Assembly: GCF_000143415.4 (NCBI RefSeq)
Contig: NW_003314416.1
Span: 67,332 to 131,331 of the forward strand
From: Selaginella moellendorffii
Lineage: Eukaryota; Plantae; Lycopodiophyta
DNA length: 64,000 nt
Direction of reading: 5' to 3'
Positions within the stretch are counted from its first letter, which is position 1, and each line of letters opens with the position of its first letter. Below the pieces are notes generated by a model. It made no database searches. It saw only the letters and a program-made list of their open reading frames with translations, and was not told where the DNA came from. Made by a program: the position numbers and the translations under genes. Positions 10,318-32,272 of this stretch are shown here, one piece after another.

Positions 10318-12879
10318 ATGGGCAGAAGAAAAGCTCCCGCGAGCGTTGTAGCAGCACTCAAGAGCTGCGTTGCTCTGGCTGCAAAGGAAGAAGGCGCAAA
10401 GGTTGATGATGGGAAACTAGTGAAGCTCAGGGCTTTGGAGAGAGGCATTTCCATCCACGCGCGAGCGACCTGCAGTGGCTGTGACGCAGATGCCTTTGTC
10501 AGCTGCTCCTTGATGGAGATGTACGCCAAGTGTGGAAGAATGGTGGAAGCTCGCGCCGTGTTTGACAAACTCTTGAGGTGTTCTTCCATTCTACCTAGTG
10601 TCGTTTTGTGGACTGTGCTGATACAAGGCTATACTGAAAACGGCGAGCCATGCATTGCTCTCGACTTGTTCTCACGCATGAAAGAGGAGAACTATTGTCA
10701 GCCCAATCCTCGAACGATTGTCCCTGCGTTGAAGGCCTGCTCGCTCCTGGCAGCCGAAGAAGTTAACGTACTGGATGATACAGTCGAGAGGAAGAAAAGT
10801 ATGATCAAGTTACATTCGCTGCGTAAGGGGATGGAAATCCATGCTCAAGCGCTAGAGCAGGGGTTTCATTCGGATATTTTCGTAGCAAACACTCTGGTAC
10901 ACATGTATGCCAAGTGTGGGAGCATGGTGGATGCTCGCAGAGTGTTTGACATGGCACTGGATCGATCGACCGTGTCGTGGAACATTTTGATGCTTGGATA
11001 CGTAGAGCACGGAGAAGCTGGCTTGGTTCTCGAGCTGTTTTCATGCATGGAACGATCCGGGGCTGCTCCAAATGCCCTCAGCTTTGTGGCTGCGTTGAAG
11101 GCTTGCACTAGTTTGGCGGAAGAGGAACAAGGAACCGTGTTGGATGGAGGCAAACGTGTCAAAGTCCGTGCTTTAGAAGATGGCATGGCTGTCCATGCTC
11201 AAGCTTTGGAGGCTGGCTACTACAACTCGGACGCGTTCGTCAGCAATGCTCTCATCGATATGTACTGCAAGTGTGGGAGAATGGTGGAGGCGAAGAGGGT
11301 GTTTGACGAGCTACATCTCCAGCGCACTGTGGTGTCCTGGAACGCACTGATGCTTGGCTACGTTGAAAATGGCGAAGAAGAATCGGCTTTACAAGCGCTG
11401 GCGATGATGGAAGGCTGTAATTGCGTGCCAACATCTCGGACTTTCCTTGCTGCTTTGAAAGCTTGCTCGGGGCTCGCAGCAAAAGAAGAAGCAGGAGAGG
11501 AATTTGCCAAGCTTGAGAGCTTGGAGAGAGGCATGGCTATTCACTCGAGAGCCGAGAAGCAAGGACTTGCCGGGGACTTGTTCTTAGCAAGCACGCTTGT
11601 GGATATGTATTCCAAGTGTGGCAGCATGCTTGATGCCCGCCGGGTTTTCGACCGGATGGAGAAGCACAGCAGTGTGGCGTGGACGGCGCTTATACTGGGC
11701 TATACGGAGAAAGGTGACGGTGACTTAGCACTAGAGTTGTTTGCATCCATGCAACATGAAAACTGTCCACGCGACGCACTGGCCTTTGTTGCGGCTCTCA
11801 AGGCGTGCGCTGCTATGGCTGCGAGAGAAGAATCAACCCCAGTGGATCAAAAGCTCGTGAAATCGGTGGCCTTGGAAAAGGTGACCGAGATTCATCCGCA
11901 GGCCATTGCGAGCGGCTTGATCTCCGACCTCTACTTGGCGAGCTCCCTGGTGGACTTGTATGCGAGCTGTGGAAGCATGGAAGATGCCCGCAGTGTCTAC
12001 GACAAGATGCCTCGACACGATGTAGTGTCGTGGGCTTCTCTGGTTCTCGGTTATGCCGAGAGTGGTCAAGCGGAGCTCGCTTTGGAACTCTTCTTTCGAA
12101 CGAGAGGTGAAAGGAGTCACGAGTGCGCATCGAATGCCGTGAGCTTTGTAGGTGCTCTCAAGGCCTGTGGAAGTCTAACAGCTCTCGAGACTGGGAAGAG
12201 AAGAGTCCATGGTGACTTGTGCAGGAGCGGGCTGGAGCTAGAGAGCACGGTGGTGGCAAACTCTCTGGTAGATTTCTATGGCAAGTGTGCTTGCCTGATC
12301 CAGTCGCAGCATATGTTCGATTCCATCGTGAGCAAGGATGCAGCGAGCTGGACTTCACTGTTAGCCGGATACTGTCGGCAAGGCAACGTTTCTCGGGCAC
12401 TGGAGCTCTTCCACGCGATGCAGCACGAAGATGGCTTCCGTCCAACACCTGTAACGTTTACGTGCCTTCTCACGGCTTGCAGCCACGCCGGGCTCGTCGA
12501 CCAGGGGAAGAAGTTGTTCCAACTCATGTTGTCCAAGTATGGAGTGAGGCCGACTCTCGAGCACTACCACTGCCTAGCGGACTTGCTTGGCAGGGCCAAC
12601 CGGGTAGCCGAGGCAGTGACGCTACTGGAGACAATGCCATACTCGCCGACTGCTGTGTCGTGGAGGACAATGCTAAGTGCCTGCCGGAAGTGGGACAACA
12701 TTGAGCTGGGAAAGAGAGCATACGAATCCCTGATGGATTTGAGCGTCAAGGACACAGCAGGCTATTCCCTCATGAGGAACCTGTATGGAAGTACTGCAAC
12801 AGAAAACCCTCAGATCATACCGGATAGAAGTCATGCTTACCAAGCGAAGCTTTTTGATCTTCAAGTACGTAGTGCTTAG
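10318..12879 (+). CDS. PLS-class PPR protein ending in an E1-like motif, no DYW; possibly 5'-truncated
   Basis: Single ~850-aa ORF with P-L-S triplets (MYAKCG..A..VFD, VSW), ACSHAGLV..G, EHYHCLADLLGRA, WRTMLSACRKW; no clear transit peptide; first in-frame ATG at 10318. Confidence 0.85.
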   Translation: MGRRKAPASVVAALKSCVALAAKEEGAKVDDGKLVKLRALERGISIHARATCSGCDADAFVSCSLMEMYAKCGRMVEARAVFDKLLRCSSILPSVVLWTVLIQGYTENGEPCIALDLFSRMKEENYCQPNPRTIVPALKACSLLAAEEVNVLDDTVERKKSMIKLHSLRKGMEIHAQALEQGFHSDIFVANTLVHMYAKCGSMVDARRVFDMALDRSTVSWNILMLGYVEHGEAGLVLELFSCMERSGAAPNALSFVAALKACTSLAEEEQGTVLDGGKRVKVRALEDGMAVHAQALEAGYYNSDAFVSNALIDMYCKCGRMVEAKRVFDELHLQRTVVSWNALMLGYVENGEEESALQALAMMEGCNCVPTSRTFLAALKACSGLAAKEEAGEEFAKLESLERGMAIHSRAEKQGLAGDLFLASTLVDMYSKCGSMLDARRVFDRMEKHSSVAWTALILGYTEKGDGDLALELFASMQHENCPRDALAFVAALKACAAMAAREESTPVDQKLVKSVALEKVTEIHPQAIASGLISDLYLASSLVDLYASCGSMEDARSVYDKMPRHDVVSWASLVLGYAESGQAELALELFFRTRGERSHECASNAVSFVGALKACGSLTALETGKRRVHGDLCRSGLELESTVVANSLVDFYGKCACLIQSQHMFDSIVSKDAASWTSLLAGYCRQGNVSRALELFHAMQHEDGFRPTPVTFTCLLTACSHAGLVDQGKKLFQLMLSKYGVRPTLEHYHCLADLLGRANRVAEAVTLLETMPYSPTAVSWRTMLSACRKWDNIELGKRAYESLMDLSVKDTAGYSLMRNLYGSTATENPQIIPDRSHAYQAKLFDLQVRSA

Positions 12880-14494
12880 CTATCCGATGTCCTCACGAAC
12901 AATCTCCAGGGGCCGCTTGTGGATCGGTAGTATCCTTGGCCTCGTCTCAAAAGGCTTCTTTTTTATCTTCTTCAAGCGAGGATTCCTCAAGAGCCTCAGA
13001 AACCAGCCACGGGGATACGTCTCCGAATTGAGAATGATGTCGCGAGCCACGCCCTCCGGAAGCCGTCTCAACATGTTGCACATCTTTCTTGGCCGCCGTC
13101 GCTTCTCAATGCGTGGCGACTCGAGCCATCTGTAAATCTTGCTCTCTCGAGGGGAAAGCTGCTTGTCAGGATTTGGAGACTCGAAGTCGATAGCCAGCAG
13201 CTCCGCCTGTGCCACCGGCTGGACGTACTCGGTGTCAAGTCTCTGGTAGAACCTCCGAAAAACTTTCTGTCCGTGAGCAACAGCGTCGATCTCGGTCTCG
13301 GAGCGCACTCCCAGCGGATTCATGAGAAGCCACCCATCTTCGTCGTACACGAAAGTGTTGCCTTTGTCCACTTCGGTGATGTAAGTTCCAAGGTGTTTTT
13401 CAAGGTACTTCTTGAGATATCCCGCCACAGCCTCGAACTCGGTTTGGAACAAGATCTAGGAAAGAAAAGATGCTCAAAACAAAACGAAGAAAGAAGAAAA
13501 GTAGTACCTTTCCACCAGGAGCAAGGCATCGCATAAATCGTTCCACAAGGTCTTTGTTTACCATACGTATTCGATAGTAAATGCTGTAGATGTGAGGATC
13601 TGGGCACTGTACACGCATCTCTCAGCCAAGATACATAAAGAGAACAGACATTACCATGATGGATATAAATTCCAACGGACCAGGATACGTTGCAAGAATA
13701 GTGTCGAAGGAGATCGTCGCGTTGCAGCACACAAAATGCCTGGCAACATAAAACATTAGTCTCGAAAATCGTGTGCCTGCTAATCACCAAAACAAGAAAA
13801 TGAAGAACAGAAGCTTACAAGTTTTTGAGGCCAAGAACTTCTTGAAACCGAGTGGAGATCTCGCTTCTCTACAAGAACAACTCGTTCGTTAAAGGAAATA
13901 AAAAACAAAAAATCCTACCTTTGGGCTCTTGTCGAGACCAAGGTAATTGATGTGGGGGTTCCTTTTGGCTAAAAGCATGATCATCTTTCCATCACCTGGT
14001 AAAACCTGTTCCTCATTCACAATCGGTTTTACACATTTGAGAACAACATTACCGGATCCTACGTCCACATGTAAAGGCTTCTCAGGATCTTCAAAGGCCA
14101 TAGAATAGACGGGTGGATAAACAACATCCTGTGCAAGGACGAGTAGTAACTACAAGCAAAAGGAATTTCTCCATACCATATAGTGTGGTCTCTTGATTCT
14201 TTGGTGCTTACATTTGTATACACCAATCTAGAGAGCAGAAGAAGAAGAAGAATTATTTTGCCTTGCAAAGAATGAGAAAGAGTACCTTTCGCCAGCACTC
14301 TTTAACGTTGAGCTCTTGGAACTGCTGGAAGATGACATTGTCCACTTGCCTCCGCGTGACGATGCGAGGCGTGAAATTGTCAATGGGGCCCCAGAGGATG
14401 GGCACCACCTCGTCGACGTGGGGTGCGAGCTCTCCCAGCGGATCGCAGCGGCCGCGCCAAATCGAAGCGCTCGGGATCCATCGCCAGCCCACAT
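12880..14494 (-). CDS. tRNA (guanine-N7)-methyltransferase TrmB/Trm8-like, organelle-targeted, divergent; multi-exon
   Basis: AFEDPEKPLHVDVGSG-DGK..LAKRNPHINYLGLD, VQCPDPH, L.PGGKV-LFQTE, NPLGVRSETE; Ser/Arg-rich N-terminus; start codon approximate. Confidence 0.78.
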
Positions 14495-14961
14495 TTCTCT
14501 TCCATAGCGGCATTGCCCCACTCCTCATAAACCCTAGAATGCTAGGATATTCCCCTTTTAAAAAACAAGACCTAGAACCTTTAGGGTTAAAATTGAGAGA
14601 ACTTTTGTTGCTGGTTATCAAGTACGAAACCAAGTCCATAGGTGAAGTTTCTTCCATTCCAATCAGGGCAAAGGTGAAACTATACTGCAAAGGTTTAAAT
14701 CAGTCCTTGACAAATATTGAGTGTCTGAGGTAATAGTTTCCCACTCACATGACAATGTGATCATAATATAGAGCAGAGCTTTGGGTGAACTGGTTGTGTT
14801 GATCATTGGTCAATCCGTAGACTCAAACATTTTGCTGCCGAAATATTGGCAAGGTGAGATCAAATATTGCGAATGCAGGGTAAGATCTACGTTTCCCACT
14901 TAGATGACAATTTGATCTTAATATAAAGAATGAGTTTATGATCAATCCCCAAGGATTAGTA

Positions 14962-17760
14962 TCATAGCTTATTCTCAAACCTCCACATATTGGATATCAA
15001 CACGAATGGAGCTGCGTCTCTGGTGTCCCTCGCCACCAATGCATCGAATGCAAGCTTGCCAACCTCCATGTTGTTCCATTTCTTGCAAGCTGCCAGCAAA
15101 ATCATCCACGAAGCATCATTAGCTCTACCATCCAAGCTCTTGACTAATGACAGTGCCTCTTCCAGATGATTTGCTCGGGCAAGCACGTCCACCATGCAGT
15201 TGTAGTGTTCCACGCTCGGATTCACCAGTTTTGCCAAGTAGAGTTTTCCCTCCTCGACGAGGCCGGCATGACTACAAGCCACAAGAACACTGATGAGCGT
15301 GATCCCATTCATCTCCAGTCCAGCTTCTAGTTCCATCGCCCTTGCTAGAGTTAGCACCTGGTTTGCGTCTCCCAGAGAGCTGTATCCTGCGATCAAAGCA
15401 CTCCAGGAGACGACATTTGGAGAAACCATACCAAGAAACACCTCTCTAGCCGCAACCATCTCGCCACAGTTTCCGTAGAAGTCCACCAAGGCATTTGCAA
15501 GCACTTGATCTCGCTCCATTCCAAGCCTGCAAGCTCTGCCGTGAATCCATCTTCCGAGAGATAGAGCGGCCAAAATCCCGCATCCTTTGAGCAGAGCAAC
15601 ATGGGTGAAGGCGTCGGCTTCACAGTCCAATCCTCCAAGTAAGAACAAGTCGAGAGCAATGCCAGGCTCGCCATTACCCACGTAGCCAAGAAGGAGAGCG
15701 TTCCAGGTGACAATGTCACGCTGGATCATCCTGTCAAACACTTCCCTCGCTAGGATCATGCTTCCACACTTGCAATATAGGTCCACAAGAGTACTCGCTA
15801 CAGCCAACTTTGCTTCATACCCGAGGTCTCTCACTCTCTTGTGGATCGCAATCCCTCTTTCGAGGAGACAATTGTTTCCCGGAAAGCTTAATCCTTTCTC
15901 GCTGGCTAAAGCTCCGCAAGCTTTGAGTACCGAGACACAAGCAAAAGCGTCGGCCTCACAATTCATCTCCATAAACAAGTCTATAGCTGCCGAGTTTTCG
16001 CCATTCCTCACATAACCTTGGATAAGTAGGCTCGAGGTCCCAGCATTTTTGTGGATCATCGCCTCAAACACCCTTCTAGCATGCTCCGGGCTCCCACACT
16101 TCATGTACATGTCTATCAGAGAGTTTCCTACGTTTAAGTCCGATTCCCATCTCACAGCTGAATGGTGGTGGTCACGGAGTTTCTTGTGAATCTCAATCCC
16201 TCTCTCGAGATCTGCCAAGGCTCCGCAAACATTGAGCGCCGCAGCAAAGACGAGAGCGTCCGGCTCACACTTGATGCTTGAGAACAATTCCATAGCTCGC
16301 TCCAAACTCCCGCACTTGGAATACAGATCCATGAGAGAAGTCACCACAACCACGTCCGAATCAAAACCACGCTCTCTAACTTGCCTGTGGATCTCTATGC
16401 CCTCTCGGAGACATAGTTGCCTCTCCGACTCTCTCTCCCTTGCTAAACCAGTGTAAGCCTTGAGACCGGCAGCATACGCAAACGCATCAGCGTCACACTC
16501 CATTCCCACGAACAACTCTATCCCCGTGGAGAAGTCTCCATTCTCGACATAACCCAGGATGATACACGTCCAGCTCTGGACATCTCTGGAAACCATCCCG
16601 TCAAAAACCTCCCTTGCAAGCCTCATGTTTCCGCATTTGCTATACATGTAAACCAGGGTGCTCGCCACCTTTAAGCTTGAAGCGAATCCATGCTCCACGG
16701 CTTGCTTGTGGATGGCGATTCCTTTGTTCAAGAGCACTAGCTTCTCTGAGCCTTCACTTCCCATACTGGCAAGGCCACCGCAAGCTTTGAGCGCCGCAAT
16801 GCACGTAAAACTATCAGGCTCATAGCATCTCATCGTCATTCTCTCGAAGAACAACTCGAGAGCACTTCCCCAGCTCCGGCATTTGGAGTACATGTCCATG
16901 ACAGCGCTCGCCACGACGCTGTCTGACTCAAATCCCTGCTGCTTGATATGTTTGTGAATTTCGATCCCTTTTTCCAAGCAAAACTTGACTCGATCGCTTT
17001 GGCTGGCCAACCGGACGATCGCCTTGAGTGCTGCAACATAGGTGAAAGAGTCGGGCTGGCAATCCATGCTCTCGAACAAATCCAGAGCTGCCAAGCTCTC
17101 GCCACTCTCGACGTGCCCCAGGATCAAACACGTCCAAGTCACAACGTTTCTGCGATGAACAAGCTCCTCGAAAACTTGCATCGCTCCCCGTAAGCTCCCA
17201 CACTTGCAATACATGTCCAACAGAGTGTTGGCCACGAGAACGTTCGATTGGAGGCCTCGCTGCTTCACTCGCTCGTGAATGGCAATGCCTCTCTTGAGCA
17301 AACTCTCGCGGAGATGGACTTCTCTTGCTAATCCCGCACAAGCCTTGAGCGCTGCGACATAAGTAAATGCGTCGGCTTCAAAGTCCATGCTCGCGAACAG
17401 GCTCAAAGCCGAGGAGAAATTGCCATTGTCCACATAAGCCAGGATGATGGAGTTCCAGGCAACAAGATCGCGATGAATCATCGCGTCAAACACCTCCCTT
17501 GCAAGTGCCACGCTGCGGCATCTGCCGTACATTGTGATGAGCACCGACGCCACAAACTTGTTGGTGTGGAAACCAGCGGCCACCGCAGCGCAATGGACCC
17601 TCTTCCCTCTTTCCAAATCCCTGGCTTGGCCGCACTGCTTGATCGCAGCAACCAGCTCGGCTCTCCTGACTCTTGTCAATCTGACCCTCTCCCCAGTGCT
17701 CCAGGCAGCAGCGATCCTCTCCACCTGGAGCAGCCCATTTTGTTGCCGGAGCGAATGCAT
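14962..17760 (-). CDS. Intronless PLS-class PPR protein (~930 aa) ending in an E1-like motif, no DYW
   Basis: Open frame 14962-17811 with P-L-S triplets, ACSHAGLVEEG, EHYNCMVDVLARA, WMILLAACKKW; first ATG at ~17760. Confidence 0.9.
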   Translation of the reverse strand: MHSLRQQNGLLQVERIAAAWSTGERVRLTRVRRAELVAAIKQCGQARDLERGKRVHCAAVAAGFHTNKFVASVLITMYGRCRSVALAREVFDAMIHRDLVAWNSIILAYVDNGNFSSALSLFASMDFEADAFTYVAALKACAGLAREVHLRESLLKRGIAIHERVKQRGLQSNVLVANTLLDMYCKCGSLRGAMQVFEELVHRRNVVTWTCLILGHVESGESLAALDLFESMDCQPDSFTYVAALKAIVRLASQSDRVKFCLEKGIEIHKHIKQQGFESDSVVASAVMDMYSKCRSWGSALELFFERMTMRCYEPDSFTCIAALKACGGLASMGSEGSEKLVLLNKGIAIHKQAVEHGFASSLKVASTLVYMYSKCGNMRLAREVFDGMVSRDVQSWTCIILGYVENGDFSTGIELFVGMECDADAFAYAAGLKAYTGLARERESERQLCLREGIEIHRQVRERGFDSDVVVVTSLMDLYSKCGSLERAMELFSSIKCEPDALVFAAALNVCGALADLERGIEIHKKLRDHHHSAVRWESDLNVGNSLIDMYMKCGSPEHARRVFEAMIHKNAGTSSLLIQGYVRNGENSAAIDLFMEMNCEADAFACVSVLKACGALASEKGLSFPGNNCLLERGIAIHKRVRDLGYEAKLAVASTLVDLYCKCGSMILAREVFDRMIQRDIVTWNALLLGYVGNGEPGIALDLFLLGGLDCEADAFTHVALLKGCGILAALSLGRWIHGRACRLGMERDQVLANALVDFYGNCGEMVAAREVFLGMVSPNVVSWSALIAGYSSLGDANQVLTLARAMELEAGLEMNGITLISVLVACSHAGLVEEGKLYLAKLVNPSVEHYNCMVDVLARANHLEEALSLVKSLDGRANDASWMILLAACKKWNNMEVGKLAFDALVARDTRDAAPFVLISNMWRFENKL

Positions 17761-17897
17761 ACCTTGATCACTCCTTCCATCGATTTCGTGAGCTCTCGAC
17801 ACCACCCTCACTCACCCAGCATCAAGAGCGCTCGTCTCTACATTCTACAAAAAAGGAGTTAACGTTTTCATTCGCAAAAAGTCTTTTTCTCGGGCGC

Positions 17898-18411
17898 TCA
17901 CTCCTCGTCCGAGCACAGGCAAAGTCCTTCGAGAGCGCAGCGCCTTGCCTGGCCCTCGGTCCGGACAACGCTGCTAAACAAGACAAGCTTGAGGGACGCA
18001 TGGATCAGCCAAATTTGTAGCTTCGTCGGATCGATCAGATTTGCTGCGCCACTGTCGAGGTGCTCGTGGACTGCTGCCATGTGCAGGCAATCCGCTCTTT
18101 GGTCGCTACACCCAGGTCCATGCTCCCTACGAGAAGGAAGAACAGGATCGGCCCCTGATGAGGAGACCTGAGCTGGTAGTCTCGTGGGATGCAGCCTTGG
18201 GGAAGAACTTGGTCTTCTCTGCCGACGATTCACACGCGATCGCCCACCCGCGCCAGCGCTCATTAGAGGGGTTGCCGAGACAAACTGCCAGAGTGGTGGT
18301 GACATGGTCGCGGTGCCTGGCCAGAAGCTCCGGCTGCTCAGGTCCTCGAAGGCCATGAAACAGAAATGCAGCTTGGAGCTGAAGGTGGCACGCAACACCT
18401 AGTGCTTGCAA
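17898..18411 (-). pseudogene. Heavily deleted GULLO remnant
   Basis: QARRCALEGLCLCSDE matches GULLO QAKHCALEGLCLCSSDE; AVHEH matches AVHEY; DNA 17898-17955 matches the reverse complement of ~8030-8085. Confidence 0.75.
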
Positions 18412-18529
18412 GGGTCAGGGAAGATGCCCCTGGTGTCGAATACCTTCTCATGCTCAACTCTAAAAAAGAGTAACTGTCTTGGCTGGTTCTCTGGCTCTAG
18501 TGGACTTCGACGATCGAGATCTTCGGTCA

Positions 18530-18960
18530 GGGTGGTCAAGCTCGCGAGTTCTTGGACCAAATGGAAGAACACGACGGCACGGCAAACAGCTCTGGAGCTC
18601 TTTCGAATTCGAGAAATGGAGAGAGAAGGACTGGAGCCAAGGGACGTGACTTTCCTCGCATTCTTCAAGGCCTGTGCTCACGGAATCGACGAGATCATGA
18701 TTTACTTTGCGTGGCTGGAGCAAGAGCGCGGTATTTCTCCCCGGGCAGAGCACTTTCTCTACGTGATTGATGCTCTGGAACGAGCTGGGTGGCTCCGGGA
18801 GGCCGAGGAGCTCGCCAAGATGATGGCGTTTGCCCTGGGTGTTGGGAATGGACTGCACAGATTTTGCTTCTCGGACTATCGAGCGAGTGATGGAACTCGA
18901 CTCGGCAAAAGCTTCGAGCTGGCCCGCGCCAAGGAGGTCCACGCACAGGTTGTATTGATT
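18530..18960 (+). pseudogene. PPR C-terminal fragment
   Basis: ALELF..MEREGLEPRDVTFLAFFKACAHG, GISPRAEHFLYVIDALERAGWLREAEEL; no N-terminal repeats. Confidence 0.75.
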
Positions 18961-19208
18961 AATCTCGTCGAGGGCACGGGGTATATGCGAACCCCATATC
19001 AAATTGAAAACCATACAACCAAGGGTCGAATTGTCTAGGAGTCTGTTTGTCGTCGGAAAGTGGTCCAAATCTTATGAAGGGCCAATGTTTTGTATACGCA
19101 TTTGAGCTTGAATTAACTTCCATGGCTCGTGGACACGGTGACTTTACTAAAAAAAATTTGTAACCTCTTAGAAACCTAGCCGTTTCTGAGTATTAGGGTT
19201 CTTTAGCA

Positions 19209-19640
19209 ATGGCCTCCTGGAACCTTGCAATACCAGGGTCACAACGGAGCTGGTTGAATTCCCGCGGGAGCTCCAAGGATTTTGAGAAGGCAAGGATGCT
19301 TCACGATCGCGCCATCCAGAGCGGGGTTTGCTCCAAATCTCTACGTTCTTGCAACTTGGTTGGCAGCCTTATTGAGGCGAGGAGGGTGTTTGACAGGATG
19401 CGATGAAACAATGTAGTGTGGGTCCACGCTGAGAATGGCGAACAATCTCGTGCTCTGGAAGCCTTCTCATGGATGGACAGCCACCTCGATCAAGGCTTGC
19501 TCGGCTCTAGTTGTCGGTGGGAAGATGATCATGGAGCAGGGCATGAGAATCCACTCTGGAGCTAATCTTAACTATCTCGAGGCCTGGACGGTGCTCTTTC
19601 AGGGCTTTGCTTGCAGCCGAGAGGTGCATGAGGCGTGGAT
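19209..19640 (+). pseudogene. Degenerate PPR fragment
   Basis: KDFEKARMLHDR, GSLIEARRVFDRMR*, IKACSAL..EQGMRIHS; stops and frameshifts. Confidence 0.65.
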
Positions 19641-19830
19641 TTATCCAGATCCCTCACTCGAGTTTAAGAATCCCTTCGCGCTCTCTGGATTCCGTGTATA
19701 AGTTAAGTACATGGTCTGATAGTAAAATACTGCGAACCTGGTTGCTGGGGAATTGGTTATCAGGTAAGTGTGGAGGTGGACTGGAAGTAGAAGACCCGGG
19801 TTCGAGGAAGAGTCCAATCAACAAGGACTT

Positions 19831-20460
19831 TACTAAAAAAGGTTTTTCGCAATAAATACCACTATTTCTTGTTTGCCGATAAAGAATATACTAGAAAAGG
19901 TTTAAGGAAGTTTATAAATTATAAACATGTTTATAAATTATAAATACAAGATTAATCTAAATGAATAACAACCGTTAGATGGTAGAATATCCTAGAATAT
20001 CCAAGTATATTCTAGGTATATCCACTACCATCCCAGTCCCCCTATAGGTTTGCTTAAGCAAACCAAAAAGTTTTTTCGCAATAAAACTATATGTAGCAAC
20101 GCTTGGTTTGCTTAATACTAGTGTTATTATGACATATTAATCCAATTGATCAAATAAAGTTTATAATTATAAGCATGTTTGTAATTTATATATACAAGAT
20201 TAATTTTATTGCATATCAAGATGGTAGAATAAAAAAGAATATACTAGAAAAGGTTTAAGGAAGTTTATAAATTATAAACATGTTTATAAATTATAAATAC
20301 AAGATTAATCTAAATGAATAACAACCGTTAGATGGTAGAATATCCTAGAATATCCAAGTATATTCTAGGTATATCCACTACCATCCCAGTCCCCCTATAG
20401 GTTTGCTTAAGCAAACTAAAAAGTTTTTTTGCAATAAATACCACTATTTCTTGTTCGCCG
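19831..20460. repeat. AT-rich direct repeat (~205 bp, offset 353) with internal hairpins; MITE/Helitron-like remnant
   Basis: 19881-20085 is nearly identical to 20234-20438; 19831-19878 matches ~20415-20460. Confidence 0.85.
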
Positions 20461-20706
20461 GTTCACTAAAAAGCCCTAGACCATTTGGTTGAGGTGTCAA
20501 GCTTACAAATCAGAAGTCCAAGGTACGAATCGTGTAGGAATCGACCTTGGAAATCTAGCAACAAGTTCATGCTCCCTGCAAGGACGAATTGAGGAGAGCC
20601 GCCAAGTTGGAGGATGTTGTCCACGCCTAGCGAGTGATTTCTTATTGACATTGTACAAAAAAAATTGCGAGAGAGTCGACTCCCCTCTTTGTAGACTCAA
20701 CTTAAG

Positions 20707-32272
<11,566 letters not shown>

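Noticed and set aside
19831-20460. CRISPR-like array
   Set aside because: Only two long units, no unique spacers, eukaryotic context.
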